DNA from: Phoronis australis
Taxonomy: Eukaryota > Animalia > Phoronida
DNA: 64,000 nt
NCBI GenBank assembly: GCA_002633005.1
Contig: NMRA01000154.1
Span: forward strand, 1-64,000
Direction: 5' to 3'
The notes under the pieces were generated by a model. The model was not told where the DNA came from. It was given only the letters and a program-made list of their open reading frames with translations, and did no database searches. This document shows, one piece after another, positions 25,118 to 37,879 of the stretch. Both the position numbers and the translations under genes were made by a program. Within the stretch, counting starts at the first letter, position 1. The number at the start of each line of letters is the position of its first letter.

Positions 25118-28100
25118 AACGCCCATGACACATTCCATGACGGACTTAATTATAAGTTCAGTTTTGAGCGCTTTTTCACACGTTTGACACTAATTATTTA
25201 TTACAAAATACGCTGTACCTCCGTGTATGTTTCGCAACCATTAAGTCTGTGTTGCGTGTACATATATTCAATGGAAATTGCATGGCGAAATGCAAAATAA
25301 AATGAAGGTGCAGTTGAAGAGTTTGTTTTAATTGGTGCTTAAGTTAAAAGTTGCGTTAACTGATTTTCTCGCTCGTCAGTTTAATTAGACACATCTCTTA
25401 GAGCCTATCTAGATTGATACGCTAAGGTATAGACCGGCAGCCGGGACACTTAGCATAGATGAACGAGAACAGGAGTATGTCATTGGTCAAAATATGTCCT
25501 ATGACAGATAAAATAGAATTTGGGTTGTGTCCGCAAGAAATCCCTAAAAATCTCAACCACCATTTGAGCAACATTAGATATTCGAGGTACAGGCTAAAAC
25601 TGACTTAAAATCAACAATCGTGCCGCAATGACACAAGGTGGAGCTAGCTCATACATTCGAGGTACCATAGTAAACAATTCCATGATATTCAAATAGAAGT
25701 TACTGGTTACTAAATGGCCTGTGACAGACAAAGCCCACGTGGGTTGTGCGCGCCAGCCCCAGAAATCGCAACCACGTAATTTTGTTGAAACCGTGTGATA
25801 TATTAGATAATGAAGATCCCGTTCAAGTCTTGGTACAGTTTCGTAGGGTCAGGAATTTCGACAAGGACGGTATTTTGATCACGTGCTTCGTTTGCAGACT
25901 CTTGCAGAATTCTTGCAGAATTCTTGCAGATTTCTTGTATTTCCGTAATACTTACTGAACTCTCTCCCTGCTTAAAATTAATTATAGCGACACACTGAGT
26001 GTGTGATAGTACATGTATGTCAATTAGCCGTGCGTCAAAAAGCGAGACATTTAGATGGTGTGGCGAAATGGCGGAAAAATCAAAAAAGGGGGACAGTCCG
26101 ATAACAGCGGTGCAATTGTCAAATACACAGCACGCTGTCAGCAACATGAAATACTAGATTGGGTTCTTTTACAAGGCAAACTTTTTTAAAATTTTATTTC
26201 ACGGGTGTAGTCAGGCACTACAGTAGTAAACAGTAATAGGTAAATACTACAGAATAACAATTACTTAAACGCACCTGTTTTTAAGACCTAAACTTTTCAT
26301 TTAGGGCAGATGTAACTTCTTTCATTAAAACAACGTACATGTAACACAAATTTAATAATCAAAAATGTGTTTTTGAAAAACTCCTGGTGTGAAGAACGAG
26401 ACATTTTATGGAGTTTGGCAACCTACCTCCTACAAGAATGACATAAAGACCCACATGGACCATCTATTGGAGAGAAGACGTTGTCTGACATGGCGTCAGC
26501 TATATTCGCTTTTCTTACAGCGTTACCATGGCAGCTGACCATTTACTGGATTCTCAAGGTTCCCATGAAGAGGTCGACACGTACGCTTCTTATCCGACTC
26601 AAATGGCAATGCATTGATCAGGGTCTCTGGCACGGATGTTATCGTAATTGTTGGGTGACTGTTTGAAAGCGTTGTGATGACTGTTTCTACTTCATGTTGA
26701 TTAAAGATTTTTAAGACACTTCAGTTGGTTTTCTTTAAATGGTTGCTTAGTATTCAATGCAATGAAAGGACTCTTTCGAAAGCATTACAACCTGCGGATT
26801 GGTACACCTGCAGTCTAGAAGCAATGACCCACAGGCTGAGTACCCGTCTGTGTATGGAATGTCGCCAGAAATGTGGAAGTTTTCTCACTCGATCCTGATT
26901 ATTCCGCCTGGCTTTATCTTTGACTGGGATCTTGGAGAACGTCTCGATAGTCACTTACAGCCCGCTTTATGGCCTCTGAACAATTGTTTGTTTGAACTTG
27001 ACATCTAATGCATGAGCAAAACAAGGTGACACATAGTCTCGGCTAATGGCGTAATACTACGAGAGATGAGTGAGCATTTCTGAAAGTAATTGTGTTGAAT
27101 AAAGAAGTCGGCTGTTCGTGTAAGCAATTACTTTCAGGCAACGTGCCTGCATTTTGATAACCAGTTTTCTCCACTGAACAACGGGCATCAAGCTGGTTCT
27201 CAAATTTAGGGCAACTTACATTAGACTACTGCACTTCGGAGGCGATGTTTAACTTTAAAGTCAAACAATCAAACAACCACGGGCCTTTGCAAAGGATGGT
27301 TGTTACTTGTTTGATTGTTATTTTATTAATCAAGTTTGAAGAAACTAGGGAATAGTATTAACGTAGTATATGTGAATAACCACAGAAACAACACGATTTT
27401 GACACCTTCAGACAATTGAATTCAATAAGTGTAACATATTCGATGACAAAGCGATGAACTAACCCCCATCTGTCAACATTAAGATTTTTGCCAAACAACG
27501 ACGGTTTCATTGACTCGTAACTTGAAAGTTGCTGTACCCGAGTTTGGTGAACAAGACAGTTGCAATTCAAAAGTAAACGAGTTTCTTCCTGTGCTATGCT
27601 ATTGAAGCTAACACTGGTCACGGGTAAAGGTCCAAGCAATCTCACAAGCCGCGTGTCTGCTTTCTTTAACAACAATCGCTGAAAAGTCAATCGGTTTCGT
27701 CTCAAAAGTCAAAAAATTGGCAATCCAATGTCAGTGACCTAAACGAGTTTGTGGAAAATTAAAAGATGCGATAAAATCTTGTCGAATTCAGTGTAATGGC
27801 GAAAACAAGAACAAAGTAAGTTAACACAACGAACTGAAAAAAGCCTGGGCTCGTGAGCACCAAAGTTTATTCAAGATTCTACTCAAAACTGATCAACCAC
27901 ACTAACTTATGCTTCTGAAAATACTTTTCAAAATAACACCTCATTAACCAGTTACTCGCAAGAATATCACGAGTAAAGCTGGCGTGGTTATGTGCTTGTC
28001 TTACAGTGCATAGCGTTAGGCCTATCTCTCGAAGTCTTATGTGATGTTTTGCTTCCACGGAACAACACTGAAAACATCGTTTCATGACCAAAAATCGCTT

Positions 28101-29323
28101 TTTGGTCTTCGATCTCAACTTAAACAGAATTTAAATCGGTTTCTGAAATAGGTGACCATTCAAAAACGCTGTTGCGAATTCATAAAACAGAGTGAGACGG
28201 TGATAAACTTCGTTTTGCAACTCTACGAGAACTAATTTACAGCATGTGGACACATACACGAAACGTACCTCGATAGGCGTAGATGAAATAGTATGCCACG
28301 AGACATTATTCCTCGTATTGATCGAGACCGAAGTATTTATTCCATACGCTTCGAATTCTTAAGTTTCTATTATTTTTTTTCGGCACATTTTGGAAACACG
28401 TCACCCAGACTTTAGTGTCTGTACTTAGGCGTTATGTTACAAGATTATTCTAAAAAAAAGAAAACAGTATTAACTGTAACGTTTTATTACTTGAAAAGAG
28501 ATAACAAAGACACCCGGAATAATGTCGTATTGGAAACTGAAACTCATTTTGTAGCGACGGGCTTCTGTAGTTACCGAGGAACTGGCGTCAGAGCTTTATA
28601 GGATATATTTTAGAAAATAAAACTGAGACAAAAGTTTTATGTAATTAACAGTTTTGTACCACATGTTGTGCTTGTGACCTGATTGCATTTTGAGTGTCAT
28701 TTATACTGCTGAAACTTAATTACTTTAAACGTGGGAAAGTTTGGGACGAGCAAGCCGGTTAGTGAGGTCGAGTCCACATTGGCCTACTTTTTGTACTTTC
28801 CTTGCCTCAGTATAGAGGGTACTGTTAAAAGTAGTACGGGAGTGCAACGAGGAAAACAATGCCACGAGGCTGTATTGCACTCAACTTATTCAACGCGTAT
28901 GGGGTAAAATAGAGATTTCATTTACGAGCAAAAAAGTCACACTTGATGAACCGGTCACTATGCCACGGTGCTTTGTTGGATAAGGACTGAGCTAAAGAAG
29001 ACAATCTTGAGGTCCATAAGATTGTGAACAATATCAACAAAGTTAGCTCCTCTGCATTTTACAGTGATAATGTGCGTGAATTTTGTTTATTGAGACCAAA
29101 ATTCTAACGGTTAAGCTTACTTCGTAGCAGGCTATAACTTTGAATTTGAATGTTGATTTTAAAAAAATCATGACACGGGCCTAAGAAACGGAGCAAAGTG
29201 GATATAACCATTGTTCGCGTATGCCCTCGATTCCAGGAAAAAGTCAAGAAGAACAAACAGTTCTGTAGGTTGCTGACAAAGGGTCCCATAGCACATGTTG
29301 AGAAGAACATTCAAGTTTGTTTC

Positions 29324-32300
29324 TTAAATTACATCTGTGCTTTCACAATTTCGACTCTCAGTGCTTTTGTGTTTACTGCCTCGCCAGCATCCCGCAGAGT
29401 ACAAAAGCACTGCAAAAAATGTCACAGATGCCATGGAAACAAAAAGGAAATATATGGTATGTTGGGCACTATAATATTGAAGCAAATATCCCACAACTAA
29501 CTGTGTAAATAGCCCACCCATGGCAATGAACACGTCAAAGAGGGAACACAGAACGCTGGTGACTTCAATGTAATTGTTTGCAAAGGCCAGTCCTCCCGGA
29601 GTTACGGGTCCGTAGAGAAAAACAGTTGAAATAGAGAAGCCCCACAGATGGTATGTACTGTTTACTCCCACGTAACAAAAACAGGCCGAGAACACCGTTG
29701 CACCTAGAAGAAACGGTAGCAACAGGAACTGTACAGGAATACAAATAGTTGCTATGGACATGACAAGTCGGCCGCTGGCAAGAGCTAGGGATTGCATGGA
29801 ATCTAGCCATGCTGCGTCTTGTTTCGATAATTTTAAGTTGCTCTCGACTGCATACGTCAGCATGTAGGTCGTTAAGGTTTCGGACGCACATTTGCTGCTT
29901 AATAAATACAGCATTAGACCTAGGCACATAAAGCAGCCATAGCCACAATTTCCTTCCGCACACGAGCCCGGATGAAAAAGATCTTTTAACGAGACTGATT
30001 CATTGCCTGCTGCAAGCCGCTTCTGCGTTTTCTTTTTTGGTTTCTTGATTTGCAATAATACGGAACTTATAGAAGCAAATACCGATGCCCCTGCAATAAT
30101 GGAATACGGTATTTCGATGCGTGACGGGTTCCAGTTTTCAGTGCTGTTTGTGAAAGCAGTACCGGTGCCATTATAGCTGCTATTATTGACTGAGCCGAGA
30201 AACGGTGACGCAATGAACGAGACAAGAACCATGGAGAAAGTTGAAATACTGTACGCGGCATTCACGAGTGAGCTGGCCTTTGTTGTCCAGTCATTCAGTA
30301 ATACGTAGTTTCCCACTGAAAAATCAACGAAAGCACTCATTTTATTTAGTTGAACAAAAATAACAACAACATTGGGACAAATACAAAAGTAATTATAATA
30401 ATCGTAACTAGAATGCAATTGCGTATGCGCACTTACAACTCTGCGCGTGGTGTATGCACATGCATAGTGAAGTATAGGCGCATTACACTGCATAAAATTT
30501 GCATCCTTTGTGAGAAAGAGAGCGATGTCCCTGGTAACTATGAAAGAGCAAGAGTGAAAAGTAAGAATGTCGAACGGAAAACTGCACCAAATGATCTCAC
30601 AGTTGCACCTAAAGACCCCAAAGTTTGTGACTGAATTTCCTTTACGAATGAAAAGTATACACATGATTATGTAAGGTCTAGTTCCAAAATCACTTTTGCA
30701 CTTAATAACCTTTGACCCGGAAACTCGGTTCCCTTTATCCGATTTAAATTCCAGGCACATAAATTTCGGGTGCACTTCTCTAGTACCTGCTTGTTATCAA
30801 AATTCGGAGAGTCGATCCAAAAACCTGTAGAAGAAGAAGAAGCAATTTGACGGAATGCACTCCTTGACCTATTCCGGTGCATTTTCAGTCAAATCCATAA
30901 AATTAATAGAATTTGATCGGCAATTGGTTGAACCACCATGAATTTGAACGCTCTCCCGAATGCATCAATTAAGTACAAGCTGATTGAAAAAGTCTTAAAT
31001 TTAACAGAAAACTGCACTTAATGACCCCAAAGTTGCACCTAATTATCATCGACTGAAATATTCTGTTGTCCGCTCATGTTGCGTGGCCAGTAATTGTGAT
31101 TGTCTGCGAGGACAAATTTGTACGAGCTGAACAGGAACAAGGCCGGCCGACTTCTTGGAGTTTGTTTAAAGACCTTTATGTACCTCGCAGTGGTATGTAC
31201 GTCAAGTGGAAGTCGCAAACTTCAAATATTAGAGGCCTGAAGTACTTCTTTTTCAAAATTTTAACTGTTTTTAATGAGGAACATACTGTTATCACTACTA
31301 GCTAAGCAGAATGTATGCATTTAAACGAAAGTAATCCTACGCCGGGAGATATTGTTGCAACAAATATTGTTTGCAGTTGTAACACATCTGAACAAATTAT
31401 GGTTTTTCATAATAGAAAACAACATATCTTGGAAAAATGCAGTTATGCGCCAAAAATTTAATCCAAAACGAATCACTTTGCATATCATTTGTTGAATTTG
31501 AAAAATTATGCAACAGGCATTGGTATTAATGACACATCTTTGATCGAGAACACCACAAGTATCTGATTTGCTCATTATACATTACTTGCGTTTGGAGCAG
31601 CTTTTACGTTGTTGAAGAAGCAGTTGACCCGGTAATTTTGACTAGTTGCTGTGGAAACTATTTCTTGGATTTCCAAAACAGTTTTACTGATTTGGGTATT
31701 CCGGTCTTTGCTTCTAGTTATTACATGATGCGATGTATTTGGTGTTAAAAAGGTTATTTCCAAATTTGGGTACATGAGTTGCCTTGACAACCATTTTATT
31801 TGTGATTTTCAGAACTGTCCTATTGTGTCAAGCCGTTTATATTCTTTGTTATGTAGGAGGGTGATCGCTATGAATACTCTAAGCATGGTTGCCTGCTTCT
31901 AACATGGCTTTGCCATCAAACTTGTTGGACTGCAGGCCAAAATGTGAAGAAGTCACTCTTGGGTGAAGGGAAAAACAGACGATGGTCTTCTAAGGAAGGA
32001 CCTACTGGACATTGCCCAGACGCTCACATGGCCAGTACATCCGCGATGAAACCAGCCATTCAAAACTAGATCTCTTAAATTGCTGATATTAAATTATTCT
32101 CGTCAGCCCTCAAAATTTTGGATTTTTTTTGAAAACGCCACACAAATACTTCAAACAAAAATTCGACTGTCTTGCAACTTTTATTTGGCGGAGATAAAAA
32201 TAATGTGGCCTATGTTGTTTAATTTTGTGTCAAATATCGAGAAGACAATATCAAGACAAGGTAGATTTCGGTTAAGATAACGATGGCAATGGTGACGGTG

Positions 32301-32613
32301 AGAGTGGCGGTGATGATTATGCCAATGATAATAACAATGATCCTGAATGATGGTGACTATGACGACGATGAGGAGGACGGATGCAAAGCAATAAGAACTT
32401 ACTAGAATTTACACCACCCAGGCCAATTCCTTGCACAAAGTAAATGGCGCCGAAGAAATAGACGTTTCTCACCCATGGTATAATGAAGATACTGCTACTA
32501 TGAAATAACGTTATAACGCTCAGTACCATGTCGTCGTAGTGTTGAAATCTGCCCAACAAATAGCCCGTCATCAGAGATCCAACCATTCTGCCGGGATGCA
32601 GTAGAGAAGTCGC
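29324..32613 (-). CDS. Second MFSD4/NAGLT1-like MFS transporter (5' exons missing, possibly in the N gap)
   Basis: Exon 32613-32403 (cttcag|ATSLLHPGRMVGSLMTGYLLGRF..IPW..QGIGLGGVNS A|gtaagt) splices in phase 1 to exon 30315-29324 (GNYVLLNDW..IASPFL..SRIEIPYSIIA..LTYAVES..SGRL..GPVTPGG). The ORF-track extension to 30775 is intronic. Confidence 0.88.
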
Positions 32614-32923
32614 CTGAAGCGTACACAGTTTCATCAGATGAGTGCATTATGTTCGCTAATAGTTTGGAGAGGCGGATTTAGGGGGGCCAAGGGGGCCATG
32701 CCCCCCCCCCTAAAATTCTACTAGATACCATTTGGGAGTTCGGGTGCGCGCAAGCAGGGGCTCGTTGGGGGTGATTAAACAATGCATGGGCCCTGAACAA
32801 ACTGAACAAAACCCCGTTTACCGTTTTTTTTTTAGTCAACACGTCCGCAACCCCAAACATTTGAGGCCTCTGCGTCCCCATATTTTAGGCGCATCTGCCG
32901 AAATTCTGGTTATTCCCGTGCCC

Positions 32924-33657
32924 NNNNNNNNNNNNNNNNNNNNNNNNNNNNNNNNNNNNNNNNNNNNNNNNNNNNNNNNNNNNNNNNNNNNNNNNNNNNN
33001 NNNNNNNNNNNNNNNNNNNNNNNNNNNNNNNNNNNNNNNNNNNNNNNNNNNNNNNNNNNNNNNNNNNNNNNNNNNNNNNNNNNNNNNNNNNNNNNNNNNN
33101 NNNNNNNNNNNNNNNNNNNNNNNNNNNNNNNNNNNNNNNNNNNNNNNNNNNNNNNNNNNNNNNNNNNNNNNNNNNNNNNNNNNNNNNNNNNNNNNNNNNN
33201 NNNNNNNNNNNNNNNNNNNNNNNNNNNNNNNNNNNNNNNNNNNNNNNNNNNNNNNNNNNNNNNNNNNNNNNNNNNNNNNNNNNNNNNNNNNNNNNNNNNN
33301 NNNNNNNNNNNNNNNNNNNNNNNNNNNNNNNNNNNNNNNNNNNNNNNNNNNNNNNNNNNNNNNNNNNNNNNNNNNNNNNNNNNNNNNNNNNNNNNNNNNN
33401 NNNNNNNNNNNNNNNNNNNNNNNNNNNNNNNNNNNNNNNNNNNNNNNNNNNNNNNNNNNNNNNNNNNNNNNNNNNNNNNNNNNNNNNNNNNNNNNNNNNN
33501 NNNNNNNNNNNNNNNNNNNNNNNNNNNNNNNNNNNNNNNNNNNNNNNNNNNNNNNNNNNNNNNNNNNNNNNNNNNNNNNNNNNNNNNNNNNNNNNNNNNN
33601 NNNNNNNNNNNNNNNNNNNNNNNNNNNNNNNNNNNNNNNNNNNNNNNNNNNNNNNNA
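32924..33657. other. Assembly gap (N run)
   Basis: Contiguous Ns; ORFs spanning the run are artefacts. Confidence 1.
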
Positions 33658-33792
33658 ACTGTGCACACATAACCCTCTCTGTCACACAAAACTGTGTGCA
33701 CATAACCCTCTCTGTCACACAAAACTGTGTGCACATAACCCTCTCTGTCACACAACATTGTGCACAAATAACCCTCTCTGTCACACAAAACT
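33658..33792. repeat. 33-bp minisatellite bordering the gap
   Basis: About 4 copies of actgtgtgcacataaccctctctgtcacacaaa. Confidence 0.95.
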
Positions 33793-33861
33793 CAGCATGA
33801 TCTTCTCAGCAGGTAGACATCTAGTTATTTTCATAATTAAATCAGTTTTGGCCACAATAAG

Positions 33862-36827
33862 ATCAAAAACCGGACGATCGCCGCACAAATAAAAAAGTTC
33901 ATGTTCAATTCAACGTTTCGTCTTTTCATTAGACATCATCAGGATCATATTTACAACAATTTAGGACAACAAGTACCAACATACAGCTCAGGTAACATCC
34001 ACAGAGTGAAGTGAGAGACACATAGAATATGGTCAGTAGCTGGTCATCACCATAGCTGCAGGGTTACTGAGCTCTGCATGTTATTCAGAGAATCAGTGGC
34101 ATGCTGGTTCTGAATGGCCAATGACTCTTTAATGTACAGTAACTCCTTATTAGGTTCTCTGCAGATAATACTAACAGAGTTGGCTTGGTGATTGTAGCTA
34201 ATAAAATGCCTATATATGTTACTTTTCTCTGAAGTGTGATGTTCTTTCAACGTCTTAGAGGCGTCTCTGTGTGAGTCCTATATAGAGTTCCTTACAGTTG
34301 TCACATTCAACCTTATACACAACATTGCTCTTGTTCAATAAAGGGATGGGTGACTTCAGTTTACACAGCATATTGGAAAGTTTCCGAAGGGGTTTGAAAA
34401 CAACTATCAGTTCAACTGCTGGGTCTATGCAATGAATGAGGCGAGACAATTGGCGTTTCAATTTTATACTACTTGGCCCGGTGTAACCAAGAGATAAGAA
34501 TTCTTTCTTTTTCTCGGGTCCAATAGCAGCTATCTTATCTGCCTCATTCATTTTTGAAAGAAAGTGCCTTTTACAGCTATTCAGAAAATTCAGAGGGTAA
34601 CCACTGGAACGCAATAACTGGAAAATCATAGCTACGTCACTATCAAAAAAATTAAAATTGGTGGAGCAGATTCTCCAGGCACGGTGTAACAAGCAATTGA
34701 CAAAACCTCTCTTGTACCGGATAGGCACAAAATTATCAAATTTAAGATAAAGCCCAGTTTTTCTGGGCTTTATCTTAATTTTGTGATACACAGATGTAAC
34801 AACGGTGCTATTATCACGTTTAACCAAGACATCTAGAAAAGGTAAACAGACTCGCGCTCAGATTCAATGGTGAAGTTGATGGACGGATGCATATTGTTCA
34901 TGTGATTAAAAAAGGTGCTGACTGAGTTCTTGGATGAAAACAGAACAAATGTATCATCCACATACCTACGATAAAATTGTGGTTTACAATTCGGTGGACA
35001 ACCAGAGCCTCAATCTCGAGACTGCATATGAAAATATTAGCTAACACTGGTCCCAGGGGTGAACCCATGGCTACTCCGTCAATCTGATCATAAAAGTTAT
35101 CATCAAACAGAAAATGGTTCTGTTTAACAGCGATCGTGAGTAACTTACGTAATTGGTTACAAGTCAATTTATGGACCTTGTCAGTATCAATATACAGCTT
35201 GTTTAGACACAACTCAATGACTTCATCCTCAGGTACATTAGTGAAGAGGCTGCAAACATCTAGACCACATAAATGGTGCATCATTAAGTGCACGGACTTC
35301 ATAAACAAACTGAAAAGAATCTTTAAGTGTGTAGGCCTAGTCATTCCCACTGATAGGTTTGATTATTTTAACTAGGAATTTGGCAAGCTCATGAGTGTAT
35401 GTTCCGACACAGGACACAATAGGCCGCAGAGGTACACCATCCTTGTGTGTCTTAGGGAGGCCGTATAGACGTGCTGGCTGTGACCCGCATGGTCTAATGC
35501 GATTGTAAGTGTCCTGGTCTAACGCACCTGTCCGTTTAAGATTATGTAGACAGTTCTGCAGGACTTGTTCGCGCTTAGCTGTCGGGTGATGATCGAGCTT
35601 GACGAATTTAGAACTGTCATTAACGATGTCATGTAGCTTGGAGAGGTAGTCAGTCTTATCCATGATCACAATACCGTTGCCTTTGTCAGGACGCGCGATG
35701 GTGATGTCTTGACGTTGTGCCAGGGAACACAAAGCCTGGTACTCATCCGGTGTGAGATTCTGGAGTTGGTTACTGTTATAACTGCAGACGTAGCGATAAC
35801 ACAGTTCCCGAAGGCGATGTTTAAACCTCATTTTGTCAGGGATTAGGGAAGAAGAGATCTTGTTGTAGAATGATTCGAACGATGCTTTAGTGTCCATGGC
35901 ATTGATGTGATGAGTGGGGATACATCTGTGTATCGTTTTTCTGGGCTTTATCATAAATTTGATAATTTTGTGCCTATCCAGTACAAGAGAGGTCTAGTCA
36001 ATTTCTTGTTACACCGTGCCTGGGGAATCTGCTCCACCAATTTAAATTTTGATCGTGACGCAGCTATGATTTTCCAGTTATTGCGTTCCAATGGTTACCC
36101 TCTGAATTTTCTGAATAGCTGTAAAAGGCACTTTCTTTCAAAAATGAATGAGGCAGATAAGATAGCTGTTATTGGACCCAAGAAAAAGAAAGTTTTCTTT
36201 TCTCTTGATTACACCGGGCCAAGTAGTATAAAATTGAAACGCCAATTATCTCGCCTCATTCATTGCATAGACCCAGCAGTTGAACTGCTAGTTGTTTCCA
36301 AACCCCTTCGGAAACTTTCCAATATGCTGTGTAAACTGAAGTCACCCATCCCTTTATTGAACAAGAGCAATGTTGTGCATAAGGTTGAATGTGACAACTG
36401 TAAGGAACTCTATATAGGACTCACACAGAGACGCCTCTAAGACGTTGAAAGAACATCACACCTCAGAGAAAAGTAACATATATAGGCATTTTATTAGCTA
36501 CAATCACCAAGCCAACTCTGTTAGTATTATCTGCAGAGATCCTAATAAGGAGTTACTGTACATTAAGGAGTCATTGGCCATTCAGAACCAGCATGCCACT
36601 GATTCTTTGAATAACATGCAGAGCTCTGTGACCCTGCAGCTATGATGATGACCAGCTACTGACCATATTCTATGTATCTCTCACTTCACTCTATGGATGT
36701 TATCTGAGCTGTATGTTGGCACTTGTTGTCCTAAATTGTTGTAAATATGATGATGTATAATGAAAAGACGAAACGTTGAATTGAACATGAACTTCTTTAT
36801 TTGTGCGGCGATCGTCCGGTTTTTGAT
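33862..36827. mobile_element. Penelope-like element (RT + GIY-YIG endonuclease), degenerate, with an inverted partial copy
   Basis: Minus strand: PDKGNGIVIMD, RLYGLPKTHKDGVPLRPIVS, LDVCSLFTNVP, QIDGVAMGSPLGPVLAN, YRRYVDDTF, VVYKVECDNCKELYIGLTQRRL. 35922-36827 (+) is an inverted copy of 33862-34798. Frameshifts are present. Confidence 0.95.
33900..33950 (-). ncRNA. Minimal hammerhead-ribozyme-like motif in the Penelope terminal repeat
   Basis: Minus strand reads atgatc-CTGATGA-t-GTCT-aatgaaa-AGAC-GAAA-CGTT-g: both core boxes, a 4-bp stem II and palindromic AACGTT as stem III. Stem I is weak. Confidence 0.65.
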
Positions 36828-36964
36828 ATTTTCATAATGTTTCTTTATGCAATTTGGAGCCTGAGCGCACGCCAGAAAACTTGTAATTAGGGAAATAATA
36901 AAAAGAGACACTATGTGGCGTCTGTTCACTCAACAAAAATGAGCAGGCGGATCTCTCAAGATAC

Positions 36965-37205
36965 AGATGTCATGCGCGGGGCTCGACAGAGCACCCCTAT
37001 TTGGCGAAGAGGGCAAAAAGTTCCGCCTCAGAGAAACATAGAGTCCGAAAAAGTAGAAAACGAGACAAAAGTCCACTAAAAAGGCAGGAACTACCAAAAT
37101 TCGGGGAATGCACAATTCATAGCTCTGAACGTACCTAGTGAATCTTTTTAGTAGGGTCCACGTTCTCAAAAATTCGACCCCACCTCCCATTGTTGATGCG
37201 CGCAT
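36965..37205 (-). repeat. Dispersed repeat; inverted partner at 50018-50260
   Basis: gaatgcacaattcatagctctgaacgtac (~37106) is the reverse complement of gtacgttcagagctatgaattgtgcattc (~50097); similarity extends over ~240 bp. Confidence 0.8.
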
Positions 37206-37879
37206 GGATGCAAACGTAACTTGAAAACAGTAAAATTGCCACTAAGGATGCACAGACGTCTTCACTAAGGGGATCATTCTGAAAGCCGTAGTCATCTGGC
37301 ATTAACTTCTTAGAATACATTGTCCAGCTTTCATGAACATCATCCAAGGGTTTGGAGACAGAGCAGCAGACGCCACTGAGACATCCAGAGCCCAGGCCGA
37401 TGCACCTGCGTATCTAAAGCCCGGCTACAGGCCCACATAGCCATAGGTTCGAAAGCTAGGTTCGATTGANCACCAAGTGGTGTCTGCTTGGATGACAGGA
37501 TCGCAGAGACGATAAGAGGGCGCTTTAATTATGTTGACGGGTACCGTAAAGATGTTTAAAGATGCGCAAAAGGCAAACGCGCATCCCAGTCTCTGTACTC
37601 GCGATACGGAGCTGACGACTTAATTCGTGACATGTGACACATTTAGACTAAAAAATAGATCACAAACTCGCTCTTCTCGGGGTCAACCGCGGTTTAAACT
37701 CTTGAAAAGAAAACCTGTCAGTGTCAATTTGACACGACCACGAGCGGCGCTAAACTCTGGGCAGTGTTTAAATCAAAATATTACAATAGTAAATTTAAAC
37801 TTTGAGTTCATATGGTATGTTTGAGAGAGCACAACTCAATTCAGTTTTCCCCCGTGTAGTTCAGTCCCGTTGGACCTGC

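Noticed and set aside
30316-30775. N-terminal ~150 aa of the 483-aa ORF
   Set aside because: It lies upstream of a clear acceptor at 30316-30317 and overlaps repeat-like DNA; it is intronic read-through.
32732-33892. Long ORFs of 276-386 aa
   Set aside because: They consist almost entirely of the N gap.
37135-37480. Minus-strand ORF as the missing MFS exon 1, or a tRNA/SINE suggested by twin GGTTCGA boxes
   Set aside because: No suitable splice donor or TM1 similarity, no cloverleaf or A-box, and it is adjacent to an N join.
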